Positions 9,234 to 19,071 of a stretch of 64,000 nt of DNA are shown here, one piece after another. The notes below the pieces were generated by a model, which was not told the origin of the DNA, did not search any database, and was given only the letters and a program-made list of their open reading frames with translations. How positions within the stretch are numbered: position 1 is the stretch's first letter; every line of letters begins with the position of its first letter. The DNA lies in the NCBI GenBank assembly GCA_902617375.1, contig CACMWI010000003.1, positions 138,092-202,091 on the forward strand, read 5' to 3'. A program made the translations under genes and the position numbers. The stretch is from an uncultured Alphaproteobacteria bacterium (GTDB lineage: Bacteria > Pseudomonadota > Alphaproteobacteria > Methylaequorales > Methylaequoraceae).

Positions 9234-11234
9234 ATGTGGAAACCTCTTTCTTTAACTTTTGTAATACTAATTGCCAGTCTTAATCAAGAAATTAAAGCGC
9301 AAACGACAAAAGATGAAATCATTGTGAAATCTAGTAAGCTTCAAGTTGACGGAATCTATGGTGCTGAGACATATACAATAAATAAAGATGACATTCAAAA
9401 TTCAACAAGTGAATCGATTGTTGATTTGATAACACAATACCCAGGTGTAAAAAAACAATTTGATATTTATGGAACAGGGTTTGGTATAGGCTCTAGGATT
9501 GATATCAGAGGTTTTGCTGATACAGCAAGAGACAATACAGCGATTTTAATAAATGGCCAAAAACTTACTCTCGGTGATATGAGTTTAGTTGATCTATCAA
9601 TTATTCCAATGGACAGTATCCAAAGAATAGAAATAACAAAAGGAAATAATTCCGTTCTTTATGGAAATAATTCGTCGGCAGGTACGATAAATATTATTAC
9701 GGATACACTTCCAGGGCAAAAAGACTCTTTGTTTGCCAAATTCACAGCAGGATCATTTGGTAAATACGAGGGTGCATTATCAGGTACAAAAACAGCAGGA
9801 ATATATTCAATTACTGGAAATACAAATTTTATTTCTTCTGATGGCTTTAGAAGAAATAATGCTCTTAGTCAGAGAAACGGCAGCATTGAATTTAAAGGAG
9901 TAACTGAAAACCTCTCCTATCATTTTAATGTGTTAGCACATAATCAATTTCTTGAATTGCCTGGAACAAGGAGTGTAGTTTCACTTAGGAGTGATCCAAG
10001 AGGTACTGGCACACCCACTCAATTCAACCAAAGAAATGGGTATAAAACCTTCTATGGGCTTAACTACTCTCCAATTAATGATCATGAAGTGGTTATCGAC
10101 GGAAGCTATAGTTTTGATAAAAGCCAAGCTAATATGGGAGAGTTTTCAGATACAGAAATATATAATTATCAGATTTCTCCAAGATATCTTTTTAAGTACA
10201 AGATCAATCAAATTGACATAGACAATATTATTGGACTAGATTTAATTTATGCTAACTATTATTCCGACAGAATGCAGTCTGACGGAGCATATTATTATAC
10301 AAATTTTAAAATGACTGACAAAACTGCAGCTCTCTATTTTAATTCAAATGTAAAGTTAAACTCAGAAAACAAATTTTCTGTTGGAGCTAGATATCATGGA
10401 AATTGGCTTAGAGCATCTAACAGTGTAACGCCAGGGTCATACTACGGGGGAACTTATACAGACAAATCTCCAGAAAGTTTTTCAAACCCACAATTTGCAT
10501 ATCATCTTGGTTACGAATATAAACTCAACAATTACAACATTATTTCTTCAAAAATTGGTAGAAGTTTTAGATATCCTAATTTAGACGAAAGAATTGGTCT
10601 AGGTAGTGGATTTACCAACAGTACAACTTTTAAACTTGGACCACAGAAATCTCATGATTTTGAGTTCGGTCATAAACTTAGTTTTGATAGTTTTAATATC
10701 ACAACAACTTTTTACTATATGAGATTACGTTCTGAAATTTCTACAACTGACAATTCTTTTTATAACAGAAATTTAGCGCCAACCGAGAGATATGGTATCG
10801 AGAATAACTTTAAATATTCTTTCATGAAAAATCTTAATATAGAAAATGCATTTACTCTTACACAAGCAAAATTTAGGGGTGGAGACAGAAACGAGAATGA
10901 TCTTCCAGGAGTTCCAGCTTTTGTAGATTCTTTACAAATTAATTATTCACCATTGGAAAATCTTTCTACGTATTTTAATTTTTACTATCAGTCAAGCTCC
11001 AGACCTCTTAATGATTTCAGAAACTATCAAATTGTACAAAAAGGTTATCATACTTTGAATATAGGGTTTGTAGGAAGCTTTAAAGGTTATAAAGCTTCTT
11101 TGGCACTAAATAACTTGCAAGATAAAATATATTATAACTACGCTGTCGGTTCAGGTTCAGGTGTTTATCACACAGTAAGTTACTACCCACTTCCAGGATT
11201 TAATACTTTATTTAAAATTTCTAAGGAATTTTAA
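9234..11234 (+). CDS. TonB-dependent outer-membrane receptor (BtuB-like corrinoid receptor candidate)
   Basis: 666 aa with signal peptide MWKPLSLTFVILIASLNQEIKAQ, a plug-like N-terminus, a beta-barrel-length body and a terminal aromatic residue (...FKISKEF). Confidence 0.85.
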   Translation: MWKPLSLTFVILIASLNQEIKAQTTKDEIIVKSSKLQVDGIYGAETYTINKDDIQNSTSESIVDLITQYPGVKKQFDIYGTGFGIGSRIDIRGFADTARDNTAILINGQKLTLGDMSLVDLSIIPMDSIQRIEITKGNNSVLYGNNSSAGTINIITDTLPGQKDSLFAKFTAGSFGKYEGALSGTKTAGIYSITGNTNFISSDGFRRNNALSQRNGSIEFKGVTENLSYHFNVLAHNQFLELPGTRSVVSLRSDPRGTGTPTQFNQRNGYKTFYGLNYSPINDHEVVIDGSYSFDKSQANMGEFSDTEIYNYQISPRYLFKYKINQIDIDNIIGLDLIYANYYSDRMQSDGAYYYTNFKMTDKTAALYFNSNVKLNSENKFSVGARYHGNWLRASNSVTPGSYYGGTYTDKSPESFSNPQFAYHLGYEYKLNNYNIISSKIGRSFRYPNLDERIGLGSGFTNSTTFKLGPQKSHDFEFGHKLSFDSFNITTTFYYMRLRSEISTTDNSFYNRNLAPTERYGIENNFKYSFMKNLNIENAFTLTQAKFRGGDRNENDLPGVPAFVDSLQINYSPLENLSTYFNFYYQSSSRPLNDFRNYQIVQKGYHTLNIGFVGSFKGYKASLALNNLQDKIYYNYAVGSGSGVYHTVSYYPLPGFNTLFKISKEF

Positions 11235-11235
11235 A

Positions 11236-11949
11236 ATGAATATTAATTTTATGAAAAGTTTGATTATTTCATTTGGGTTTCATGCATTTGCAATTTCACT
11301 TTTCTTTATTGACGGAAAGAAATTCAAGAAAAGTGAAACCTCCATGACCGAGATTATTATTTTATCGGCGACCGAAAACAATAATATTAAAAAGAAAAAA
11401 ACAGACACACATGAAATCATAAAAAAAGGAGATCTAAGAGATGAAACCACTGAAAATAAGAATTTAACATCTTCGGTAGAAAATAATGAAAATGTATTTT
11501 ATAAAGTTTCAAACGCTAGTTTAACTTCAAATAATAATAAAAAAAAAAAAACTGATAATTCTTTTTTAGAAAATAGATCTTTCAAAAATCCTGATAACAC
11601 TAAAAACCCATCAAATTATGAAATCTCAAAATTTTCAGAAAATCAGAACACCAAAAGCACTTTTGCATCAAGTGCTACTTATAAAATTGGTTCTGCTAAA
11701 AATCCGCATCCGACTTATCCTCTAATTGCCAGAAAAAAAGGATGGGAGGGCAGAGTATTAATTCAGGCTGAAATTGACAGAGTCGGAAATGTTTCAGAAG
11801 TAAAAGTATTAGAGTCAAGTGGTTATAAAGTGCTTGATAATGCTAGCCTAGAAACGCTAAAAGAATGGAAATTTACACCTGCCAAAATCGGAAATAAATT
11901 TGTTGACGATACGGTAAATATTCCAGTCAAATTTCTTCTAACAAATTAG
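11236..11949 (+). CDS. TonB-family energy transducer (TonB C-terminal domain protein)
   Basis: 237 aa with an N-terminal TM anchor. The C-terminal domain ...GWEGRVLIQAEIDRVGNVSEVKVLESSGYKVLDNASLETLKEWKFTPA matches the TonB_C fold. The linker is Asn/Lys-rich, not Pro-rich. The gene starts 2 nt after the receptor stop. Confidence 0.75.
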   Translation: MNINFMKSLIISFGFHAFAISLFFIDGKKFKKSETSMTEIIILSATENNNIKKKKTDTHEIIKKGDLRDETTENKNLTSSVENNENVFYKVSNASLTSNNNKKKKTDNSFLENRSFKNPDNTKNPSNYEISKFSENQNTKSTFASSATYKIGSAKNPHPTYPLIARKKGWEGRVLIQAEIDRVGNVSEVKVLESSGYKVLDNASLETLKEWKFTPAKIGNKFVDDTVNIPVKFLLTN

Positions 11950-11970
11950 CTTTATAAAGTGTTACAAAGA

Positions 11971-12046
11971 TGGCGTCCCCTACGGGATTCGAACCCGTGT
12001 TGCCGCCGTGAAAGGGCGGTGTCCTGAACCACTAGACGAAGGGGAC
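11971..12046 (-). tRNA. tRNA-Glu (anticodon TTC)
   Basis: 76-nt cloverleaf: acceptor GTCCCCT/AGGGGAC, anticodon arm CCGCC-CTTTCAC-GGCGG, T-loop TTCGAAT, CCA. Confidence 0.9.
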
Positions 12047-12117
12047 AAATAATACTTGCAATTAAAATATATGAATATATATATAAACCTTTTAATTTAT
12101 AAGTAAATTGATTTGTT

Positions 12118-12465
12118 ATGAGAAATTTAGCTTTTTTAATTTTAATTATCGTGTTCCTCCCTCTTTCACCTTCAATTGGGAAAGAATCACCTAATCAGCT
12201 ATGTAATATTAGAGGTTACGAGATAATTTTCCCTTATGAAAAAGCAATTAATGAAATTAAAAATAAATTTCAAAATGCTCCAAGCATTAAAGAATTTGAA
12301 TTAGAACAATTTAAAAAGCATTTTGAGCAAAATTTTCATGGCATTCCACTTTATAAAGAAGCTGGATGTTCAAATGCTAGATTATCGGAATATTTAAATT
12401 GTCTTATATCAACTGATGATTCAGACTGCAAAATCTATTACACTCAAATGAGAATTGTAGATTAG
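12118..12465 (+). CDS. Hypothetical small secreted protein (4 Cys)
   Basis: 115 aa with a predicted signal peptide (MRNLAFLILIIVFLPLSPSIG) and four cysteines. I recognise no family. Confidence 0.4.
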   Translation: MRNLAFLILIIVFLPLSPSIGKESPNQLCNIRGYEIIFPYEKAINEIKNKFQNAPSIKEFELEQFKKHFEQNFHGIPLYKEAGCSNARLSEYLNCLISTDDSDCKIYYTQMRIVD

Positions 12466-14228
12466 ACAATTAAATCTTCAACATTTAGTTCTACATTTTC
12501 TTGTCCATCCCAACTATTAAGAGTTACCGAAACCAAAGCACTTCTTATAGGAGCTGAGCTTTTAATAACATCACCTAATTTAGTTCCTAACGAACCAAAT
12601 GAAATAGCCTTAATACGAGTAGAATAAGAATCTTCAAAATAAAAAGAAAGATGTTTTTCACCTACAACCCTTGGATATCTAATTACAACATCATTTATAA
12701 TAAATTTAGGCTTTGGATTACCTATACCGAAAGGAGAAAAATTATTAATTTTATGAAACAACTGATTATCAATAGTTGAGATTTTTAGTTCAGAATCATA
12801 GTTTTTTTTTAAATTCTCAATATTTGCAACAAACTTATTCTTTAAAAAGTTTTTAAAATCTTTTATTTTTGAGTTCTCTATTTTAAAACCACCAGCCATT
12901 TTATGTCCTCCCCCAGATGTAAGTACTCCATCATTTACTGAATCAAGAATGAACTTACCAATATCAAAACTCCTTACTGATCTACATGAAGCAGAACATA
13001 ATTCATTATCCTCTGAAATTACTATTGATGGTCTCATAAACTTGTTGGTTAACTTTGATGCAACTATTCCGAGTACTCCTGGGTGCCAATTTTTATTGTG
13101 TACACAAATTATATTTTGATCTTCTGAAATAACTTGACTAATTGCTTCTCTTTCAACTTTATGCTCTATACTTTTTCTGAGATTATTAAAATCACATAGT
13201 TTTTTTGACAGAATACTTGATATATTTTCCTCACGAGTTGTTAAAAGTTTTACTCCTATCCTTGAATCACCTACTCTGCCACCTGCGTTTATTCTCGGCC
13301 CAATGACAAAACCTAAATGATATTCGTGTAAATATTGATTTATCGAAGATTCTTGTATCAAAGCATTAAGTCCGATATTTTTTGTCTGGTTAATTACTTT
13401 GATACCCTGTTTTACAAAGGCTCTATTTACTTGATCTAATTTTACAAGATCACAAATGGTTGCTAGTGCAACAAGGTCTAAATATTGGATTAAATTTGGT
13501 AATTTTAATTTAAAGAGGTTATTTTTTTTTAATTCTCTACTTAGAGAAATCAACAAAAAAAAAGTAACACCAGTTGCACAAAGATTATCTAGGTTTGAAA
13601 TATCTTTATTTTTTTTCGGGTTAATTATGGCAAATGCATTTGGTAATAATTTTGATTGTTGATGGTGGTCAACAACAATCACATCAATTTTTTTACTAAT
13701 ATGTTCAATTGGTTTAAATGAAGTAGTACCGCAATCAAGAGTTAAAATAAGAACGCAGCCTTTTTCTTTTAGTGTTTCAAATGCCTCAATATTAGGTCCA
13801 TACCCTTCTTTAATTCTATCAGGAATATAAAACTCATACTCAACTCCAATTTCGGAAAAATAATTACAAATTAGAGAAGTTGCGCTTGATCCGTCAACGT
13901 CATAATCTCCAAGAACTCCAATTTTTTGTTTTTTTAAAATGCAATCAACTATTTTTTTTGTAGCTTTTTCCATGTCATCCAAAACAAATGGATCAGGGAG
14001 CGTTGTTTTAATCTTTGTATCCATAAAATTTTGGAAATTTTGTGAGTTTATGCCCCTCGAAACTGCTAGTTTTGCGATGCAAGTCTCTAACCCTAATTCA
14101 TTCTTTAAGATGACGACTTCATTTTTATCTAATTGTCTCTCATTCCATAAAAAACCATTTACTGAGTAATTATTTTTTTCGGTATTGTTTTTTTTTTTTC
14201 CTTCAATTAGATTAACGTTAGTTTTCAT
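12462..14228 (-). CDS. recJ: Single-stranded-DNA-specific exonuclease RecJ
   Basis: 588 aa with DHH motifs (...VVDHHQ...), a DHHA1 region (GGGH) and an OB-fold C-terminus. Confidence 0.9.
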   Translation of the reverse strand: MKTNVNLIEGKKKNNTEKNNYSVNGFLWNERQLDKNEVVILKNELGLETCIAKLAVSRGINSQNFQNFMDTKIKTTLPDPFVLDDMEKATKKIVDCILKKQKIGVLGDYDVDGSSATSLICNYFSEIGVEYEFYIPDRIKEGYGPNIEAFETLKEKGCVLILTLDCGTTSFKPIEHISKKIDVIVVDHHQQSKLLPNAFAIINPKKNKDISNLDNLCATGVTFFLLISLSRELKKNNLFKLKLPNLIQYLDLVALATICDLVKLDQVNRAFVKQGIKVINQTKNIGLNALIQESSINQYLHEYHLGFVIGPRINAGGRVGDSRIGVKLLTTREENISSILSKKLCDFNNLRKSIEHKVEREAISQVISEDQNIICVHNKNWHPGVLGIVASKLTNKFMRPSIVISEDNELCSASCRSVRSFDIGKFILDSVNDGVLTSGGGHKMAGGFKIENSKIKDFKNFLKNKFVANIENLKKNYDSELKISTIDNQLFHKINNFSPFGIGNPKPKFIINDVVIRYPRVVGEKHLSFYFEDSYSTRIKAISFGSLGTKLGDVIKSSAPIRSALVSVTLNSWDGQENVELNVEDLIV

Positions 14229-14250
14229 ATAAAAAACTTATCACAGTTTT

Positions 14251-15444
14251 ATGTCTAGTAATAATAATATATTAATCGCACAAGGTGGAGGTCCTACAAA
14301 CGTAATTAATCAGTCATTGGCAGGTATAATTATCAATTAAAAAAAAAAAAAATCTAAAATTTTTGGGTCTATCAATGGTGTCAATGGAATTATAAATAAC
14401 AACTTCATAACACTAAATAACATATTATCAAAAGAAATAAAAATGCTCAGAAATACACCAGGTGCAGCTCTGGGTTCAACAAGGGATAAACCTGATCAAA
14501 AATATTGCGAGGAGATTTATAATGTTTTAAAAAAAAAAAGAATTAATAAATTTTATTACATTGGTGGCAATGACTCATCAGACAGCCTTCGTATCATTTC
14601 CCAATTCTCTAAAAAAAAAGGCTACAATCTTCAATGTATTCATGTTCCCAAAACAATTGACAATGATTTAGTATATAATGATCATACCCCCGGGTTTGGA
14701 TCAGCTGCTAAATATGTTGCACAACTATTTTCTGGAATAAATTTTGATGTAAGATCTCTTCCGGGTGTATACATAGGTGTTGTAATGGGAAGGCATGCTG
14801 GCTTTCTAACAGCATCTTCTTCACTTTTAAGAAGTAAAGGCTTTGATGGTCCTCATCTGATATTCATCCCAGAATTCTCATTTAGTATAAAAGAATTTAT
14901 CAACAATATAAATTCAGTTTTTAACAAATATGGACGCTGTGTTGTTGCTGTTTCAGAAGGCATAAAAGATAAAAATAATATTCTATATACAAAAAGAATA
15001 CAATCCTCAAATGAATATGACGATCATGGAAATATTCAGTTATCTGGTTCAGGAATGTTAGGCGACTTTTTAGCGAATGAGGTAAAAAATAAATTAAAAA
15101 TATCTAGAGTAAGGGCTGATACACTTGGATATTCTCAAAGATGCTTTCTTGGATCAGCATCAGAAATTGACCAAGAAGAGGCATTTGAGATAGGTTTAAA
15201 AGCTGTTTCTTTTTCAAATATGCATGGGGATTCTTTTTCAATAGGAATAGAAGAAAGAAAGAATTTTTCTCAAAAATATAAAGTAAAATTTATTGTCAAT
15301 AAATTAACTAACATTGCAGGTAAAACAAAAATAATGCCTACAAAATTTTATAATTTAAAAAAATTTGACGTAACAAACAATTTCATAAACTATTGTAAGC
15401 CTTTGATTGGTAAAAAATTCCCTCAAACTACGTCAATTATTTAA
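14251..15444 (+). pseudogene. pfk: Phosphofructokinase (PPi/ATP-PFK family) reading frame interrupted by an in-frame TAA at 14338-14340 at the head of an A14 tract
   Basis: From ATG 14251 the frame reads MSSNNNILIAQGGGPTNVINQSLAGIIIN-TAA-KKKKSKIFGSINGVNGIINN...MLRNTPG...YYIGGNDS.... The N-terminal nucleotide-binding motif and the body of the enzyme (the 14443..15444 ORF) are in the same frame. Without the stop the product would be about 397 aa, a typical PFK length. Confidence 0.6.
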
Positions 15445-16717
15445 AATTTTCAATCCTAAAATAGACTGTTTTTTTTCTAATAAAATTAAGTCTATTTATC
15501 TTTTTTAAAGCTTTCATCATATTATTCTCATAACAATTATGAGTTGTAATTACAATTGTTGCATCTTTTGAATTGCTGATCTTTGTTTCCTTTTGAAGCA
15601 TTGATTTCATTGAAATGTTAAATGTTTTGAATTGATTAGCTATACCCGAAATGACGCCGGGTTTATCATATGTCGTGAATCTTAGATAATAACTACCAAA
15701 TCTTGATTGTAGACTAGTTTCTTGATGAGGAAACGTAGGGCTTTGCTTAAAACGATTTTTTCTTTTTTTTGATAGACTAATGATATCACTCATAACCGAT
15801 GTTGCAGTTGGGTGCGCACCAGCCCCTTCCCCTACGAAACAACTTTTTTTACAAAAATTTGATTCCACAACTATCCCGTTGTAAACACCATCTATTTTAG
15901 CGATAAAAGAGTCTTTTGATAAGAGGCATGGATATACAAAGTTTTTAATATTTTTATTTTTTAATTCTGTTATACCAAGTAATTTAATTTTGTAACCAAG
16001 TGAATCCGCTATTTCAAGATCTTGTAGATCAACATTTTCGATGCCTTCGTTATCAATCTTCGAAACATTACTATAACATTCAAAAGCTAGTGAAGAAAGT
16101 ATAGAAAGTTTATGAGCAGTATCAGTTCCGTCTATATCAAATTTCGGATTTGATTCAGCGTAACCTAATTTTTGAGCTTCACTGAGTATATGTTTAAAAT
16201 CTTTATTGTATAAAAGCATATTACTTAAAATGTAGTTTGAAGTCCCATTTAGTATACCGTAAATTTTTGTAATTTTATTTGACAATAAGAACTCATCAAT
16301 AACTTTTATAATAGGGATTCCACCAGCGACTGCGGCTTCATATTTTAGCGAACAATTATTCTTTTCCGCGAGTAAGTGTAATTGATTCCAAAATTTTGAT
16401 ACCAACGCTTTATTTGCTGTTACAACATTTTTCTTCTCTCGTAGTGCATTAAAAACTATGTCTTTAGATACCCCTTTTTCACCGCCAATTAACTCAACTA
16501 AAATATCATAATTATGAAATTTTAATAAATTCTTTGCGTCACAAAAAAAAACAGTATTTTTGAAAATTTCCCCATTAAATTCTTGTTTTCTTCTACTGGC
16601 AATTGCGGTTATTTCAATTTTTGTTTGTTTATTCTTATATTTTAATAATAAATCTATAAGGCCTTTCCCAACAGTTCCAACGCCTGCTATTGCTATCTTT
16701 ATTTTTGGATTCAACAC
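15437..16717 (-). CDS. hom: Homoserine dehydrogenase
   Basis: 426 aa with an N-terminal NAD-binding IAIAGVGTVGKG and a C-terminal ACT domain. Confidence 0.9.
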   Translation of the reverse strand: MLNPKIKIAIAGVGTVGKGLIDLLLKYKNKQTKIEITAIASRRKQEFNGEIFKNTVFFCDAKNLLKFHNYDILVELIGGEKGVSKDIVFNALREKKNVVTANKALVSKFWNQLHLLAEKNNCSLKYEAAVAGGIPIIKVIDEFLLSNKITKIYGILNGTSNYILSNMLLYNKDFKHILSEAQKLGYAESNPKFDIDGTDTAHKLSILSSLAFECYSNVSKIDNEGIENVDLQDLEIADSLGYKIKLLGITELKNKNIKNFVYPCLLSKDSFIAKIDGVYNGIVVESNFCKKSCFVGEGAGAHPTATSVMSDIISLSKKRKNRFKQSPTFPHQETSLQSRFGSYYLRFTTYDKPGVISGIANQFKTFNISMKSMLQKETKISNSKDATIVITTHNCYENNMMKALKKINRLNFIRKKTVYFRIENFK

Positions 16718-16720
16718 TAA

Positions 16721-17467
16721 TTAATAGATTAAAAAGATTTCGGTTCTCTGATTAGCTTTTGTGCCAGCAGGCATATTCTCTTTAAAAAGTGGTTTTGTAT
16801 CTGATACTGCCTCAGTAAAAATGTTGGTGCTTGGAAAGTTATATTTCTTAATAAAAATATCGGCTACTGATTGTGCTCTTTTATCAGAAATACTAAAGTT
16901 CACTAGCTTATGTTTAGCCAAAGGCATATCCCTTGTTCTTTTACTTGCATGGCCAACTATTTTGATTTTTGCTTCTCTTTCTTTTGCTATTTTTGCTACT
17001 CTTTTAATTTTGCTCAAACCAGAACCATCAACTTGACTTGAGCCACTGTAGAAGTTTATCGTCGCAACTCTAAACTGTATTTTGTCATTAATACTAAGTT
17101 TAGGTAGTGGACTTTCAAAACTTTGCAAAGCAGTAACTGCTTCAACTTTCTCATTATTAGCAGTTTCATCAGCAACCGGTTCAACGACCTCTTCAGAAGA
17201 CTCCTCCTCAAGTCTTTGATCTAGCAGAACACTATCATATTCCTGCGTGGGAGTTGGATCTAACTTTTCTTCAGATAACTCAAGGGCCGGCTCCTCATTT
17301 TTTTCAGAAAGTAATGAGTTTTCTTCCTCTTGTATGTCAGAGAGAAGTTGACCAACCTCATCTACTGATTCAACCTCAGTATCATCTTTTTCCATGATAT
17401 CGGAAATACATCCGCTTAGAAGAAAAAAGAATGATAAAATTAATAGTTTTTGTTTTATTTTTGTCAA
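16721..17467 (-). CDS. OmpA-family lipoprotein (peptidoglycan-associated)
   Basis: 248 aa with lipobox ...LLSGC, an acidic Ser/Glu-rich linker and a C-terminal OmpA-like domain (...IVGHASKRT...SDKRAQSV...NQRTEIFLI). Confidence 0.7.
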   Translation of the reverse strand: MTKIKQKLLILSFFFLLSGCISDIMEKDDTEVESVDEVGQLLSDIQEEENSLLSEKNEEPALELSEEKLDPTPTQEYDSVLLDQRLEEESSEEVVEPVADETANNEKVEAVTALQSFESPLPKLSINDKIQFRVATINFYSGSSQVDGSGLSKIKRVAKIAKEREAKIKIVGHASKRTRDMPLAKHKLVNFSISDKRAQSVADIFIKKYNFPSTNIFTEAVSDTKPLFKENMPAGTKANQRTEIFLIY

Positions 17468-17515
17468 ATTAACTTCCTATCCTAAGAAGTATAGTTAAAA
17501 AAAAGAAATCTGAAA

Positions 17516-18055
17516 CTACTTTTTTAAAAATTCTTGACTAAGATTGTAATATACATCAGGGGTATTTATCAATAATCTTTCTTCTGTGTCTGAAATTTTT
17601 CTTACAAAACGAGCAGGATTACCAGCCCATAACTCTCTAGTTCCAACTTTTGACCCTGGAGGAACAATTGCTCCTGCTGCAATAAATGCAAAATCTTCTA
17701 TTTTTGATTGATCTAAGATAACTGACCCCATACCAATTAGAGCATTTTTACCTATTTCACAGGCATGAATAGTGGCATTGTGTCCTATTGTAACATTATC
17801 AGAAATGATAGTTGGACTTCCCTTTTTTCCTTTTGCTGAAAACCCATAGGACGAAACATGAATAACAGTCCCGTCTTGAATATTACATTTTTTTCCAATT
17901 CTTATATAATTGACGTCTGCTCTTATTACTGTATTATACCAAACATTAGATTTATCTTCGATATTGACGTCCCCAATTATCATAACACCATCTGCTAGAA
18001 ATACTGAGTCTCTAATTTTTGGAGATTTATCTTTATATTTTAAAATCTTTTTCAC
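17516..18055 (-). CDS. Gamma-carbonic-anhydrase-family / hexapeptide-repeat protein (YrdA/PaaY-like)
   Basis: 179 aa left-handed beta-helix repeat protein with the conserved His residues of gamma-CA-like proteins. Confidence 0.8.
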   Translation of the reverse strand: MKKILKYKDKSPKIRDSVFLADGVMIIGDVNIEDKSNVWYNTVIRADVNYIRIGKKCNIQDGTVIHVSSYGFSAKGKKGSPTIISDNVTIGHNATIHACEIGKNALIGMGSVILDQSKIEDFAFIAAGAIVPPGSKVGTRELWAGNPARFVRKISDTEERLLINTPDVYYNLSQEFLKK

Positions 18056-19068
18056 TAAATTAAAGACTCCGTTTCCTCAAAATCAAACATTATATTCATG
18101 TTTTGTATTGCTTGTCCTGCAGCTCCTTTTACTAAATTATCAATACAGCTAACAATTACTATTTTTCTTTTTGAATAGTCAGTAAACAAATTTACTGCAA
18201 GATTATTTGTATTTTGAACTTCTTTTACCTGAGGAATTTTGTTACTTGAATAAATTTTAATAAAAGGTTCGTCAACATAGAAATCTTTTATAGTTTTGTA
18301 ATACTCTTTTTCATCAAACTCTTTATCTAAATAAATCGTAGACTGTATTCCAGAAACTATTGGTAAAACATGAGGCACAAAGGTAAAGGATACTTTTTTA
18401 TTAATTTGTCTTATTTCTTGGTCAATCTCTGGATAATGTTTGTGACTTTCGATACCGTAAGAAAAAAAATTACCACTTATTTCAGAGAAAAGGTTCTCGA
18501 TTCTTGGTTGCTTACCTGCCCCACTTATACCTGATTTTGAATCAATTATAATATCTTGAATTCTTAATTTTTTTTCTTTTATTAAAGGAATTAAAGGAAT
18601 CAGAATAGAAGTTGGATAACATCCTGGGTTTGAAATAAATTTACTTTTATTTATTTTACTTCTATAAACTTCAGACAAGCCGTAGCAAAATTTTTCTTTA
18701 AATGAATAGGCCCTATGAGTCATATTATAAAATTTTTGATATTCTGATTTAGATTTGAGCCTAAAATCACCAGAAAGATCTATAATAGAGATTTTAGGAT
18801 TAAGATTTTTTATTATTTCTTTTTGTAATTTACCATTAGGCAAACAGCTAAAAATTAAATCTGTATTACTAAAATCAAAGTCTTCATATTTGGAAATTTT
18901 GATTTTGTTAGAATTATTTAAATTTTTAAATAAATCTCCTAATTTTATACCAGCAGTTGAATTCCCAAAAACTCCATGTATTTTTATTTGCTTATGTTTA
19001 TCTAAGTAGTAAATGAGCTTTGAACCCGTATAACCGGATACACCAAAGATACACACATTTAAAGACAT
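18055..19068 (-). CDS. argC: N-acetyl-gamma-glutamyl-phosphate reductase
   Basis: 337 aa with N-terminal IFGVSGYTGSKL and the active-site Cys region (SNPGCYPT). Confidence 0.9.
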   Translation of the reverse strand: MSLNVCIFGVSGYTGSKLIYYLDKHKQIKIHGVFGNSTAGIKLGDLFKNLNNSNKIKISKYEDFDFSNTDLIFSCLPNGKLQKEIIKNLNPKISIIDLSGDFRLKSKSEYQKFYNMTHRAYSFKEKFCYGLSEVYRSKINKSKFISNPGCYPTSILIPLIPLIKEKKLRIQDIIIDSKSGISGAGKQPRIENLFSEISGNFFSYGIESHKHYPEIDQEIRQINKKVSFTFVPHVLPIVSGIQSTIYLDKEFDEKEYYKTIKDFYVDEPFIKIYSSNKIPQVKEVQNTNNLAVNLFTDYSKRKIVIVSCIDNLVKGAAGQAIQNMNIMFDFEETESLI

Positions 19069-19071
19069 AAC

